From: an uncultured bacterium
GTDB lineage: Bacteria > Verrucomicrobiota > Verrucomicrobiia > Verrucomicrobiales > DEV007
Length of the DNA: 64,000 bases
Assembly (NCBI GenBank): GCA_963977015.1
Contig: CAXBMO010000007.1
Coordinates: forward strand, 160,001-224,000
Direction: 5' to 3'
The stretch's first letter is position 1, and each line of letters opens with the position of its first letter. Both the position numbers and the translations under genes were made by a program. The notes under the pieces were generated by a model. It was not told where the DNA came from and ran no database searches. It saw nothing but the letters and a program-made list of their open reading frames with translations. Shown piece after piece: positions 39,628-49,226 of this stretch.

Positions 39628-40296
39628 CTAAGTCAGATCGGGCCGATTCTCCTGAGTGCGCTCCCGTGCCTTCTCTTTGCGCCAGTTCTCAATTTTCTCG
39701 TGGTGACCAGAGAGAAGCACTTGGGGAACTTCCATCCCCCGAAAGTTTGCGGGGCGGGTATAGTGTGGCGCTTCCAACAAATCAGGCTCTGAAAAGGACT
39801 CCTGCTGCGACGAGCGCTCATCGCCGAGCACACCGGGAAGAAGCCTGACGATGGCATCGGTCAAAACCACGGCAGCGATCGCTCCGTTGGTAAGGATGTA
39901 GTCGCCAATCGAAATCTCTTCATCGACGAGAGCATCAACCACTCGATGATCGACGCCCTCATAATGGCCGCATAAAATGATGAGGTGTTGCTCTTTGGAT
40001 AGCGAAACGGCCATGGATTGCTGCAATTGCCGCCCCTGAGGAGTCATCAACAAGACACGGCTCTGTGGACTCTTTAGGTCCTTCATTGCGGCAAAGAAAG
40101 GCTCCGGCTTCATCACCATGCCGGGCCCGCCACCGTAGGGAATGTCATCGACCCGCCGATGCTTGTCCTCGGTCCAGTCTCGCAAATCGTGAATCTGAAT
40201 TTCAACCGAGCCTGCATCCTGCGCACGCTTCATGATGCTTTCCCCTAAAGGAACGCGACACATTTCCGGGAAGATGGTGACGATATCGATTTTCAT
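39628..40296 (-). CDS. trmD: tRNA (guanine-N1)-methyltransferase
   Basis: [61 protein letters not shown]. Confidence 0.98.
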   Translation of the reverse strand: MKIDIVTIFPEMCRVPLGESIMKRAQDAGSVEIQIHDLRDWTEDKHRRVDDIPYGGGPGMVMKPEPFFAAMKDLKSPQSRVLLMTPQGRQLQQSMAVSLSKEQHLIILCGHYEGVDHRVVDALVDEEISIGDYILTNGAIAAVVLTDAIVRLLPGVLGDERSSQQESFSEPDLLEAPHYTRPANFRGMEVPQVLLSGHHEKIENWRKEKARERTQENRPDLT

Positions 40297-41150
40297 CACA
40301 GACTGATGATGTAGCTCAGAGTAATAAGCGTACGATCGTGCCACTTTGCACGATCGCCATTGATTAGGGAATAGGAACTCGGTGCCGTGACCAACAGAAA
40401 ACGATTTCCATCAAGCCAGCGCCCTTTCGCCGCCGTTCCCTGGTAGCCGGCAAAGGCTTGTCTTCGCTCGGCATGGATGAATCCGGAAGCGAGCTTCCCC
40501 CCATTCGGCTCGACATAGTCGAACGAAAAGCCATGGGCACCTTCCCGAAGTTCGTCAGGAACCGCCGTCACCACAATGAAGTGATCGGACATTTTGCGCC
40601 AGTTCCAGGACGCCGTTTCAGAATCATATCGAGCAATCTGGGATCGCAATCCCAGAATCGGAAGCGTTTCCTGGATCAAGGAGAATCGAAGTTTGCGATG
40701 CGTATCACGGACGAATTCGACACTCGCAGTCCCTTGGTCCCGAACCCATTCCGTTCCCTGCAACTCAGGCAACCGGTTCTCTTCGGCACAATCCCGAAGG
40801 GCTGCCAGCAGATCTGAATGCGCAACGCCGCCCGCTTTGGTAAAACGCTTTTGGTGCTCAAAAATCAGAGACGGTTGATCAAAATATCGCCCAATGACAA
40901 ATCTCAGCTTCGCCACATCCCCGGCGCCTGTCAGCTTCTGATAGACCGTTCGATGAGATTCGGAGCCAAACTTCAAAGCATTCAACATCGCAGCAGGACC
41001 ACAGGCAGTGGCGGAGAAACTGGTTTGATCAACGGGTTCGGCGTTCTTCGCGATTTCCAAGCCCACAGTTTGAGCTCCAACGGTCAGTCTCAGGAGAAGA
41101 AAAACAGCCCCGAGCACGGAAGTCGTCTTAATCGAGATCGCCGTCATCAT
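40296..41150 (-). CDS. Exported hypothetical protein, papain/C39-like cysteine peptidase fold
   Basis: Signal peptide; DQ....[11 protein letters not shown], later HFIVVT and YVEP, consistent with a Gln/Cys-His-acid arrangement. Confidence 0.55.
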   Translation of the reverse strand: MMTAISIKTTSVLGAVFLLLRLTVGAQTVGLEIAKNAEPVDQTSFSATACGPAAMLNALKFGSESHRTVYQKLTGAGDVAKLRFVIGRYFDQPSLIFEHQKRFTKAGGVAHSDLLAALRDCAEENRLPELQGTEWVRDQGTASVEFVRDTHRKLRFSLIQETLPILGLRSQIARYDSETASWNWRKMSDHFIVVTAVPDELREGAHGFSFDYVEPNGGKLASGFIHAERRQAFAGYQGTAAKGRWLDGNRFLLVTAPSSYSLINGDRAKWHDRTLITLSYIISL

Positions 41151-42274
41151 CGTCGGCCGTCCGTCCCCGAAGCTTTGCCTCGATAAACCCGTCAAGATCG
41201 CCATCCATTACTGACTTCACGTCGCCAACGGTGTGGCCAGTGCGAATATCCTTCACCATTTGGTAGGGTTGAAACACGTAGGAACGAATTTGGCTCCCCC
41301 ACCCGATGTCCGATTTCTGGCCATATTCCTTCTCCATTTCGGCTCGCCGCTTGTCTTCTTCCAATTGGTAGAGCTTCGATTTCAGAACCCGCATCGCGGT
41401 TTGGCGATTCTTGAGCTGGCTGCGTTCCTCCGTGCATCGAATCTTGATCCCACTGGGAATGTGATGCAGATGGACCGCAGTCTCGACCTTGTTGACGTTT
41501 TGGCCACCTTTTCCACCGCTTCGCGCCGTGGTGATTTCCACATCGCTTTCGTCCACTTCAATGTCGATATCGTCATTGATCTCTGCCGTTACATCCACGC
41601 TGGCAAAAGACGTATGCCGTTTCTTCGCCGAATCGAACGGAGAAATCCGCACCAGGCGATGAACTCCGCGTTCGGCACTCAAATTCCCGAAAGCGTAGTC
41701 CCCTATCACCCGCATCATCGCAGACTTGGTTCCGGCTTCCTCCCCGGCTTGATGCTCAACAACCTCGACTTTGAAACCACGATTTTCAGCCCACCGCTGA
41801 TACATTCGCAGCAACATGTCCGCCCAATCGCAGGCTTCGGTTCCGCCTTGACCGGCGTTGATTGCGACAAAGCAGTTTTCCTTGTCATGCGGGCCGGCCA
41901 TCAGCAATTGAAGCTCATAAGCTGCGAGGTCGGCCTCCACCTTGGGAAATTCCTCCGCCAACTCTTTCGCGTAGTCAGCATCACCTTCATCCGCCATTTC
42001 TCGCAGAGCCATCAAATCTTCGATTCTCGACTCGAGATCGCGATAGGGTGTGACGCGCGATTTAATCGACGATACCTCATCGATCGTCTTCTGGGCTTTG
42101 TCTTTATCGTCCCAGAAGTCGGTTGCTCCCATCAGCTCTTCCAGCTCGGCAATTTTTTTGGTTTGAGCAGGGAGGTCAAAGATAGCGTCTGAGTTCGCCC
42201 AAACGTCCTTTCAACGCATCTGTATCCAGTGCGGAAAGGTCGCTTTTATTCTCAGACTGATTCTGGCTTGCCAT
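41128..42274 (-). CDS. prfB: Peptide chain release factor 2, programmed +1 frameshift at CTT TGA C (42181-42175)
   Basis: A 32-codon first ORF ends ...LRRYL-TGA and the +1 frame joins the ORF with [18 protein letters not shown] (SPF), GGQNVNK (GGQ), WGSQIRSYV. Confidence 0.97.
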
Positions 42275-42353
42275 ATTGTTAGGATGAATAAGATTCTTGA
42301 GGGCGGCTACAATAATTCGCCTGGCGTTCCCGTCAAACACAGCACACCAGAAG

Positions 42354-42899
42354 GTGGAAAAAATCATGGCAACGCTCATTCGAACGGCACGTCTGACTGA
42401 AACCAGTCTGATTGTTCACTGGTGCAGTGAACAACGGGGACTCGTCAAGACTGTAGCAAAAGGCGCTCTGCGCCCCAAGAGCCCATTTTCCGGGAAGCTT
42501 GATCTGTTTTTCGAAGCCGAGCTCGTCTACATCCCAAGCAGAACCAGCGATCTCCACACGCTCAAAGAAGTTTCGGTGGTCAATCCGCGGAAACAAATCC
42601 GTCTCAGCTATGAATCCACCTTGGCTGCCGCCTGCTTTATCCGCTGGGTCGAGGTGGTTTCGGAACCTGAAGCACCGATTCCCGAAACGGCAGACCTTTT
42701 ACGGAGGGCTTTGAATTATCTGGATGAAAAAGGAGCGGACATGAAGGCCATCCTACACTTTGAAAAGCAGCTTGCGACATTCTCAGGCGTCTACAGTGGA
42801 AGGAAGACTGCGGCAGACGACCTCGGAGAAGCCTTTGGAACAAAACCTGTGCAACGCGAAGAATTGTTTCGCAAAATTCAAAGCAAGTTGCATAATTAA
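42354..42899 (+). CDS. recO: DNA repair protein RecO (short form)
   Basis: ETSLIVHW....GLVKTVAKGALRPKSPFSGKLDLF, L.TL.E; GTG start inferred. Confidence 0.88.
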   Translation: MEKIMATLIRTARLTETSLIVHWCSEQRGLVKTVAKGALRPKSPFSGKLDLFFEAELVYIPSRTSDLHTLKEVSVVNPRKQIRLSYESTLAAACFIRWVEVVSEPEAPIPETADLLRRALNYLDEKGADMKAILHFEKQLATFSGVYSGRKTAADDLGEAFGTKPVQREELFRKIQSKLHN

Positions 42900-43009
42900 T
42901 GTTCAATTGTTCTCAAATTTGTGGAACAAGAACAGTCTAACTTTTTAGAAACTAACCGGACGCAGCCCATTTTTCAGTGAACCCTCAACTTGCCCAACGA
43001 CCTAAAGCC

Positions 43010-43921
43010 ATGTCGACCGGCCCTACGAATCTTCTTCAAGTCCTTCAAAAGCGTGTCGAAACTTTGCAGGGTGAGGGTAAACTTGAGGACGCATTGCGTG
43101 TGGCGCAAACGGCAGTGGACGCGGCGCGACGCAATGTTTCCAGCGACCCAGCCTGCGTTCCACAATTGGTCTCCACGCTCTTGATGCTGGCCGACCTGCG
43201 TCGCATGTGCAGCGACTTTGAAGGCGCCGAGAATGTGTATCTGGAAGGCCTTGGATTGGCTGCAGATGAAAACGTCGGAGTTTCCAATCTCGAGATTGCC
43301 CGTTTCCAGAGTGGTCTCGCATCGCTCTACGACTTTACGAGCCGCGAAACTCAAGCCATCCCACTTTACCAGGAAGCGATCAACCGTTTCGAGGGCAACA
43401 CTCCGCCAGAACTCGAAGAGTCCGCCTACCTCTGCAACAACCTGGCAATGATCTATAAGCAACTGGGTGACTTCCAGTCCGCCGAAACCTACTACCTCAA
43501 AGCACTCGGCGTTTTTGAATCCACTCGCGGGGCAAGTCACACATCTGTTGGAACCGTCTTGAACAATCTGGGTGGTCTCTATGGAGAGATGGATCAACCA
43601 GAGAAAGCTCGGGGAATGCACGAACGCGCGATGGCCATCAGGGAAAACGTCCATCCCAAAAACCATCCCGATCTCGGCCAGTCACTTTGCAATTTGGCCA
43701 CCGTCTATCACCAACTCGGAGACTTTAACAATGCAAAGAAGCATTACGATGCGGCAATGCGCTTGTTCGAAAAGAATCTTGAGGAAGCGGGAGAAGACTA
43801 CTCCATCTCCATGAGAAACTATGCCGAACTCCTTCGTGAGCATGGACATGAGGCCAAGGCTGAGGTGCTGGAACAAAAGCTACGCGGACTCGCTCAACAA
43901 ATGAGTGAAGGCCGTGTTTAG
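43010..43921 (+). CDS. Tetratricopeptide repeat protein
   Basis: Repeated NNLA.IY...G....AE..Y..AL units. Confidence 0.9.
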   Translation: MSTGPTNLLQVLQKRVETLQGEGKLEDALRVAQTAVDAARRNVSSDPACVPQLVSTLLMLADLRRMCSDFEGAENVYLEGLGLAADENVGVSNLEIARFQSGLASLYDFTSRETQAIPLYQEAINRFEGNTPPELEESAYLCNNLAMIYKQLGDFQSAETYYLKALGVFESTRGASHTSVGTVLNNLGGLYGEMDQPEKARGMHERAMAIRENVHPKNHPDLGQSLCNLATVYHQLGDFNNAKKHYDAAMRLFEKNLEEAGEDYSISMRNYAELLREHGHEAKAEVLEQKLRGLAQQMSEGRV

Positions 43922-44645
43922 GGCAACTGACGGACGTGCAGTTCAAGCTGGATCCGCTTCGGAGGATCCCATCGTTTTTTGATGGTCCCACCATTCTTGA
44001 GAGAGCGTTATAGGGCGAAATCTCTCCGTTCCTCGAAACTCGCCGGGGAAATGTTAATAACTCGTGAAAAACTCGAGCTAAAAGGAAAGTTGGATTTTTC
44101 GATGTTCCCTCCGAATGAGCATCATGTATGCCATTTTGCGAACTTTCCGCCACTTGGGAGTTGAATCTATTGGAAATCTTTCGTTTCCAGATTGCTGTAT
44201 TATCAGGATTCAGAACTCTTTAAGGTAACTTTTACAGTTACGTAACACGCTCACATTAACAGTGTTACACAGCATGATTCTTCACTTCTGATTTCCAAAG
44301 ATTTTCCCAAGTCAGTGACCGCCAATTCGTTTCCCTGAAAACACTTGGAAAATCCTGAGATTCTAGAATTGAACAGGAAAAGCTCAATTTCGCGCAAAAT
44401 ATACAAAAATCCGACTGTGAACAAGTCTCTGAAATTCTCCGAGAACGAATGCTTCCAAGCCAATTTCCCCGTTGAGGGATTCCCGTTTTTCTAGTTTTTA
44501 TAAATTAAATTGAGATTTCAGATCCAGATCGTATCCTTCCATTACACCAGTCCCATGGAATTGAGCTGTTTGTTGCAAATAGCTCCTAGTTAAAGGCGAC
44601 GGGGGTTGTTAGCAGCCTCATCTCATCCAACGCCGATAGCTGAAT

Positions 44646-44680
44646 TGAGGAGACAGGGATCATTGATCACTGTCTCCTCA
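44646..44680. other. Long hairpin (17-bp arms, one mismatch) upstream of pcm
   Basis: TGAGGAGACAGGGATCA-t-TGATCACTGTCTCCTCA. Confidence 0.6.
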
Positions 44681-44733
44681 TTGCGTTCAGGGCTTGTTCT
44701 TGAGGTCGATCGCGTTTTGGGCGATTGTGTTAG

Positions 44734-45468
44734 ATGCGTTGCATTTGGCGGCTATTGATCCTCTCTCATTTTGCGATTTCGGGATTGTTGGCAGATCCTC
44801 CCAAAATGGAACCTCATCAACCGGAGGACGAACATCTTCAAACTCGCAGGCTTGAACTCCTGAAAACGCTGAGAAGTGAGCCCTACCTCATCGACTCGGA
44901 GCAGGTTCTTCAATCCATCGCGTCAGTCCCACGCGAAGAGTTCATGTTGAAGGCAAATCGCAAGCATGCCTATGAGAACATGCCCATGCCCATCCGGTTC
45001 GGCCAAACGATCAGCCAACCCTATATCGTAGCGTTCATGACCGAGAAACTCGCGCCAGAGCCGGATGACCGCGTCTTGGAAATCGGAACCGGTTCAGGAT
45101 ACCAGGCTGCGGTTCTCAGCCCTTTGGTGAAGCATGTTTACTCGATGGAGATTGTCCGTCCGTTGGCCGAGGAAGCAGCAAAGAAGCTCAAGAAACTTGG
45201 CTATCTCAATGTTTCCGTTCGAGCGGGAAATGGATATGAGGGTTGGCCCGAAGAGGCTCCTTTCGACTCTATCATTGTGACTTGCGCTCCGAACTCCATT
45301 CCGCAACCACTGATCGATCAACTTCGAGATGGTGGCCGGATGATCATCCCCGTGGGGGACTTTGGAAATCAACGTTTGGTTATTCTGGAGAAGAAGGATG
45401 GCAAGGTAACACGGACTGATACGCTTCGCGTTTTGTTTGTCCCGATGACGGAGGCCCCAAAGCCATGA
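44734..45468 (+). CDS. pcm: Protein-L-isoaspartate O-methyltransferase (with signal-like N-terminus)
   Basis: VPREEF, AY, GQTISQPYIV, VLEIGTGSGYQAAVL, GWPEEAPFD.I, L..GGRMIIPVG, FVPM. Confidence 0.96.
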   Translation: MRCIWRLLILSHFAISGLLADPPKMEPHQPEDEHLQTRRLELLKTLRSEPYLIDSEQVLQSIASVPREEFMLKANRKHAYENMPMPIRFGQTISQPYIVAFMTEKLAPEPDDRVLEIGTGSGYQAAVLSPLVKHVYSMEIVRPLAEEAAKKLKKLGYLNVSVRAGNGYEGWPEEAPFDSIIVTCAPNSIPQPLIDQLRDGGRMIIPVGDFGNQRLVILEKKDGKVTRTDTLRVLFVPMTEAPKP

Positions 45469-45746
45469 ATGAAGATGGCGAGGTCTTTAAGGAAGACATG
45501 CGGCAGACTCTTGAAGAGATTGCGCGTTATTACATGCCATTCGGAAAGTATGGGCCGGAACATTTTCCTCCCAAAGGCAAACGTCTCTACGATTTGCCAT
45601 GGGAATACCTGCATTGGTTTAGCCAGCAAGGGTGGCCGAAAAGCCGCCTTGGCCAACTCATGGAGATTGTTTACCACATGAAGGGCGACGGCTCTGAGGA
45701 GATTTTTAACGTCTTTCGCCAAGCCGATAGAAAACGACGAACCTGA
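45465..45746 (+). CDS. DUF3820-like small protein
   Basis: MPFGKY....L.DLP.EYL.WF...G.P...LG.LM; ATGA overlap with pcm. Confidence 0.85.
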   Translation: MNEDGEVFKEDMRQTLEEIARYYMPFGKYGPEHFPPKGKRLYDLPWEYLHWFSQQGWPKSRLGQLMEIVYHMKGDGSEEIFNVFRQADRKRRT

Positions 45747-45756
45747 AAACGCGAAA

Positions 45757-45782
45757 GGCCGCCCTCTTGATGAAGGGCGGCC
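45757..45782 (-). terminator. Terminator hairpin between convergent genes
   Basis: GGCCGCCCT-N8-AGGGCGGCC, with a T-rich tail on the minus strand. Confidence 0.6.
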
Positions 45783-45810
45783 AGTCGACAAAAATCGGGA
45801 AACGGTCAGG

Positions 45811-46278
45811 TTACTCAACCACCGTCATTACGCCTTTCATCAGCGCGAAATGACCTGGGAAGGTGCACAGGTAAGGGTAAAGACCGGCCTCGGCAGGGAC
45901 CTCCAGTTCAAGGACGTCGGTCCCACCAGGCTGGATCAACTTGGTATGTGCCAATACCACGTCCGCATTATCCGGGATGTAACCCTTCGTCAATCCCTCG
46001 GGATCTGCCATCAGAGCCATGGCGCCTTGAATCAAAGCGGCTTCCTGTCCAGGCTTTGCAATGACCAGATTGTGAGGCTGGGGAACCGCATCAGCAGGAA
46101 CTACCAAGGTGATTTTGACTGTCGTGCCAGCCTTGACGGTAAATTCCTTGACGTCGTAAAGGAAATTCATCTTGTCCGTGGTGATCGTGATTTCGGTAAC
46201 GGGATCGCCAGCAAATGCTTGACTGGAAAGTCCCAGGGCAACGATACCAAGGCCAATGTTTCGGAGGATATTCTTCAT
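45811..46278 (-). CDS. Exported blue-copper protein (azurin/auracyanin family)
   Basis: Signal peptide; type-1 Cu ligands HNLV...CTFPGH..LM. Confidence 0.92.
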   Translation of the reverse strand: MKNILRNIGLGIVALGLSSQAFAGDPVTEITITTDKMNFLYDVKEFTVKAGTTVKITLVVPADAVPQPHNLVIAKPGQEAALIQGAMALMADPEGLTKGYIPDNADVVLAHTKLIQPGGTDVLELEVPAEAGLYPYLCTFPGHFALMKGVMTVVE

Positions 46279-46401
46279 ATAAGGTAGTCAGGTTCAAACA
46301 AGGTGAGCGGAGACCGCAAAGCCCTTAGACGGAGATAGCTTCGATCTGCTCGATGTTTTTTCGGTGGCGGAGGCTACACAGAAATGCCGAATTAGCAAGG
46401 C

Positions 46402-47355
46402 TCAGCCTCCATACTGATAAAAACGAAGCCCGAGCATGGGCAGTTGCAGCTTCTGAAACTTTTCCCAGTTCATCACCGCCCCAGCCGTGGCCAGAGCATC
46501 CGCCAATCCCGCATCGGGCGCCTCAACCGTCACGACACGATTGGCGTCGTGGCCAGCATCTCCGGTTGGGTTGAACAGATGGTGAAACTCCCCGGATTGG
46601 TCAAAACGATGGCCGTATCCGCCCGAACTCGCCAAGCCGCCATAGACAACGGAAATGGTGTCGTAGAACTCTCCCTCATCGATTGGAGACTCGACAGCGA
46701 TCTTCCACCCGTCATTCCCTCGTGGAGGCCCCAACGCGCAATACTCTCCCAAGTTGACCAATGCGTGGGTGATGCCCTGTCCGAGGATGAAACGAGCAAT
46801 CTTTTCCGAGACAAACCCCTGAGCCATTCCATTCAGGGTCAATCCCATTCCGGACTTCTTGAACCAAACCCGTTCATCGGAAAATCCGACATTTTCAAAG
46901 CCGACCTTCTCGAGAGCCGCGTCCAGAAGCTGTTGAGGTGGCTTGAAGCCGGAATCTGGATTCTGCCTGAAGTGAGCCTCATAGACTTCCCAGAGCGGTT
47001 GAACGGTCGGATCAAACGCACCATCCGTCATCTCATGCACCTCTTTGCAAAGCTTGAGCGCCTCCAGCAATTCATAGGGAGGATTTGGCAGGTGGCCAGC
47101 CCGATTCAACTGCCGAATGGTCGAGGCCTCGTCGTAGAGCGAGAATATGGCATCGAGCCGGGCGACTTCTCGATTCACCGCATTCATCACGGACCGCGCA
47201 TCTCTTTCGCTTTGGGCGTAAAAAAGGATCGAGCCACTGGTTCCAAGAACCGGCCCATACCATTTCCATAACCGATTTCGGCGGAAGTTCAGCCACCCCA
47301 GAGTCCCTACGGCTCCCAGAGCGCATCCCATTCCGATTGCGTAACGCCGATTCAT
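46402..47355 (-). CDS. FAD:protein FMN transferase, ApbE family, NosX-like
   Basis: RR plus TM N-terminus, LGT, FSLYD..S....LN, TDGAFDPTVQPLW, LTLNGMAQG, ASSGGYG, HHLFNP, ADALAT. Confidence 0.88.
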   Translation of the reverse strand: MNRRYAIGMGCALGAVGTLGWLNFRRNRLWKWYGPVLGTSGSILFYAQSERDARSVMNAVNREVARLDAIFSLYDEASTIRQLNRAGHLPNPPYELLEALKLCKEVHEMTDGAFDPTVQPLWEVYEAHFRQNPDSGFKPPQQLLDAALEKVGFENVGFSDERVWFKKSGMGLTLNGMAQGFVSEKIARFILGQGITHALVNLGEYCALGPPRGNDGWKIAVESPIDEGEFYDTISVVYGGLASSGGYGHRFDQSGEFHHLFNPTGDAGHDANRVVTVEAPDAGLADALATAGAVMNWEKFQKLQLPMLGLRFYQYGG

Positions 47356-47414
47356 CGTTCCAGCCGGTTCAGATGGTGAGAATTTTCGCCATGAGCGCAT
47401 GATAGGACGACAAA

Positions 47415-47522
47415 TGAGAAGCGTCTTCTCAAAATGGCATTTGAAAACCGTTTTCCGGCTTAGTCAGAACTTGACAAGCCCCGGCAAATAAGCCATGGCT
47501 AAAAAGTATAGCCAAGACTATA
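47415..47522. promoter_or_regulatory. Operator cluster upstream of the metal ABC operon
   Basis: TGAGAAG-cgt-CTTCTCA (47415-47431); GAAAAC-c-GTTTTC (47443-47455); TTGACA at 47471; TAAGCCATGGCTAA (47489-47502); TATAGCCAAGACTATA (47507-47522). Confidence 0.6.
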
Positions 47523-47526
47523 TCTT

Positions 47527-48450
47527 ATGAAATTCGCTCGAATCCTCCTCCTTGTCATCCCGTGGTTTTTTTCTGCGTGCACTCCTAACGAGGGAGGAAA
47601 AGTTCAAGTTGTTGCTACGACCACCATGGTCGCCGACATGGCTCGCGCGCTCCTCTCTGAGGTCGAAAATGTTGAATTGACGACCTTGATGGCTCCTGGC
47701 GTGGATCCTCACACCTACAATTTGCCGGCCCGTTCCATCGCCAAGCTAGATGGCGCGGACATCATTCTCTATTCAGGCCTGAAGCTCGAAGGACGCACTG
47801 AGGAACTTTACCAAAGCCGGGCAGGAAACGCCGTCGTTCTTGAAGTGGCGAGTTCCGTCCCCAGCGGCGATTTGATTGTTTCCGAAGGATTCGAGGGGCA
47901 TCCGGACCCCCACGTTTGGGGAGACCCTCGAATCTGGCTGAAATGCATTGATGCCGTCGTCGCGGCCCTTAGCGAAAAATTCCCCAACGATCGCGGAACG
48001 ATCGAGCAGAACGCCGATGCCTATCGCCAGGAACTGGTCGAGCTCCATCATTGGGCGACCCTGCGAACCAGCCAAATCCCGGAAGCCAATCGCATCCTGA
48101 TTACGAGCCACGACGCGTTCAACTACTTTGGCAAAGCGTATGGACTTGAGGTTATCGGGATCCAAGGAATATCCACGGAAAGCGAAGCCAGCGGAGCTGA
48201 TATGTCGAAAGCGGCTGAACTCATCCAGGAGCGAGCCATCAAAGCGGTTTTTGTCGAATCGAGTGTGAATGGAGCGACCATCGAGCGCCTGGCACAAGAC
48301 ACCGGCGCAACCATTGGCGGTGAACTTTTCTCTGATTCGCTCGGTCCCGCTGGCGAGGAAGAAACCTTCGATGGACAGACCTACGACGTGGGAACCTACG
48401 TCGGAATGCTCAAGCACAACGTCAACACCATCGTGGAAGCGCTGCAATGA
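47527..48450 (+). CDS. TroA-like Mn/Zn/Fe ABC substrate-binding lipoprotein
   Basis: Lipobox FSAC, VVATTTM, GVDPHTY, DPHVW, TSHDAF.YF, ELFSDS. Confidence 0.94.
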   Translation: MKFARILLLVIPWFFSACTPNEGGKVQVVATTTMVADMARALLSEVENVELTTLMAPGVDPHTYNLPARSIAKLDGADIILYSGLKLEGRTEELYQSRAGNAVVLEVASSVPSGDLIVSEGFEGHPDPHVWGDPRIWLKCIDAVVAALSEKFPNDRGTIEQNADAYRQELVELHHWATLRTSQIPEANRILITSHDAFNYFGKAYGLEVIGIQGISTESEASGADMSKAAELIQERAIKAVFVESSVNGATIERLAQDTGATIGGELFSDSLGPAGEEETFDGQTYDVGTYVGMLKHNVNTIVEALQ

Positions 48451-49226
48451 CACCTGCCCTGGAAGTCCACGACCTCACGGTTGCGTATCGCAAAAAGCCG
48501 GTTCTCTGGGGAATCGACCTCGAAGTTCCCAGCGGCTGCCTTGTGGGGATTGTGGGCCCAAATGGAGCCGGCAAGTCGACGCTGATCAAAGCCTGCATGG
48601 GGCTTCTTCCCCTCAGCAGTGGATGGGTCGAGGTCTTCGGGAAGCCTCTTTCCGCAAACATCCGCCGCGTGGGCTACGTTCCGCAGCGCGAGGACATTGA
48701 TTGGGACTTTCCCGTCACCGTCCGCGATGTCGTATTGATGGGGAGATACGGCCATTTGGGATTGTTTCGACGCCCGCGAAAGCGAGACCAGGAAATCGCA
48801 GACGAGTGCCTGGAGCACGTCGGGATGGCCGACTACAGCTCCCGGCAAATCTCCCATCTCTCCGGCGGGCAACAGCAGCGGGTGTTTCTCGCCCGGGCGC
48901 TCGCCCAGGAAAGTGACATCTACTTCATGGATGAACCGTTTGTCGGCGTCGACGCAGCCACGGAGTCGAGCATCATCAACCTCCTGCGCGAATTGCGGGA
49001 TCGCGGCAAGACCCTGTTCGTCGTTCATCATGATCTTTCGACCGCGAGTGACTACTTCGACAAACTGGTGCTGTTGAACCAACGGCTGGTCGCGTTTGGC
49101 GACACGGAAGATGTCTTCACCACAAAACTCATCCACAAGACGTATGGCGGAAGGTTGACCATCATGGCGGACGTGGCGGAGGCACTGAATCGCGACGAGG
49201 GTTTGGCTGGCGTCGATCGACACTGA
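48447..49226 (+). CDS. TroB-like metal ABC ATP-binding protein
   Basis: GPNGAGKST, YVPQR..IDWDFP, LSGGQQQRVFLARALAQ, MDEPF.GVD, VHHDL. Confidence 0.95.
   Translation: MTPALEVHDLTVAYRKKPVLWGIDLEVPSGCLVGIVGPNGAGKSTLIKACMGLLPLSSGWVEVFGKPLSANIRRVGYVPQREDIDWDFPVTVRDVVLMGRYGHLGLFRRPRKRDQEIADECLEHVGMADYSSRQISHLSGGQQQRVFLARALAQESDIYFMDEPFVGVDAATESSIINLLRELRDRGKTLFVVHHDLSTASDYFDKLVLLNQRLVAFGDTEDVFTTKLIHKTYGGRLTIMADVAEALNRDEGLAGVDRH

Noticed and set aside
42899-42936. LexA-type site (TGTTC...GAACA) after recO
   Set aside because: The half-sites are 11 or more nt apart, not the 4-nt spacing I recall for the Verrucomicrobia LexA motif; more likely a terminator-like hairpin.
43922-44733. Replication origin or dif site in the AT-rich gap
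   Set aside because: No TTATCCACA DnaA boxes or XerC/D-like dif sequence seen.
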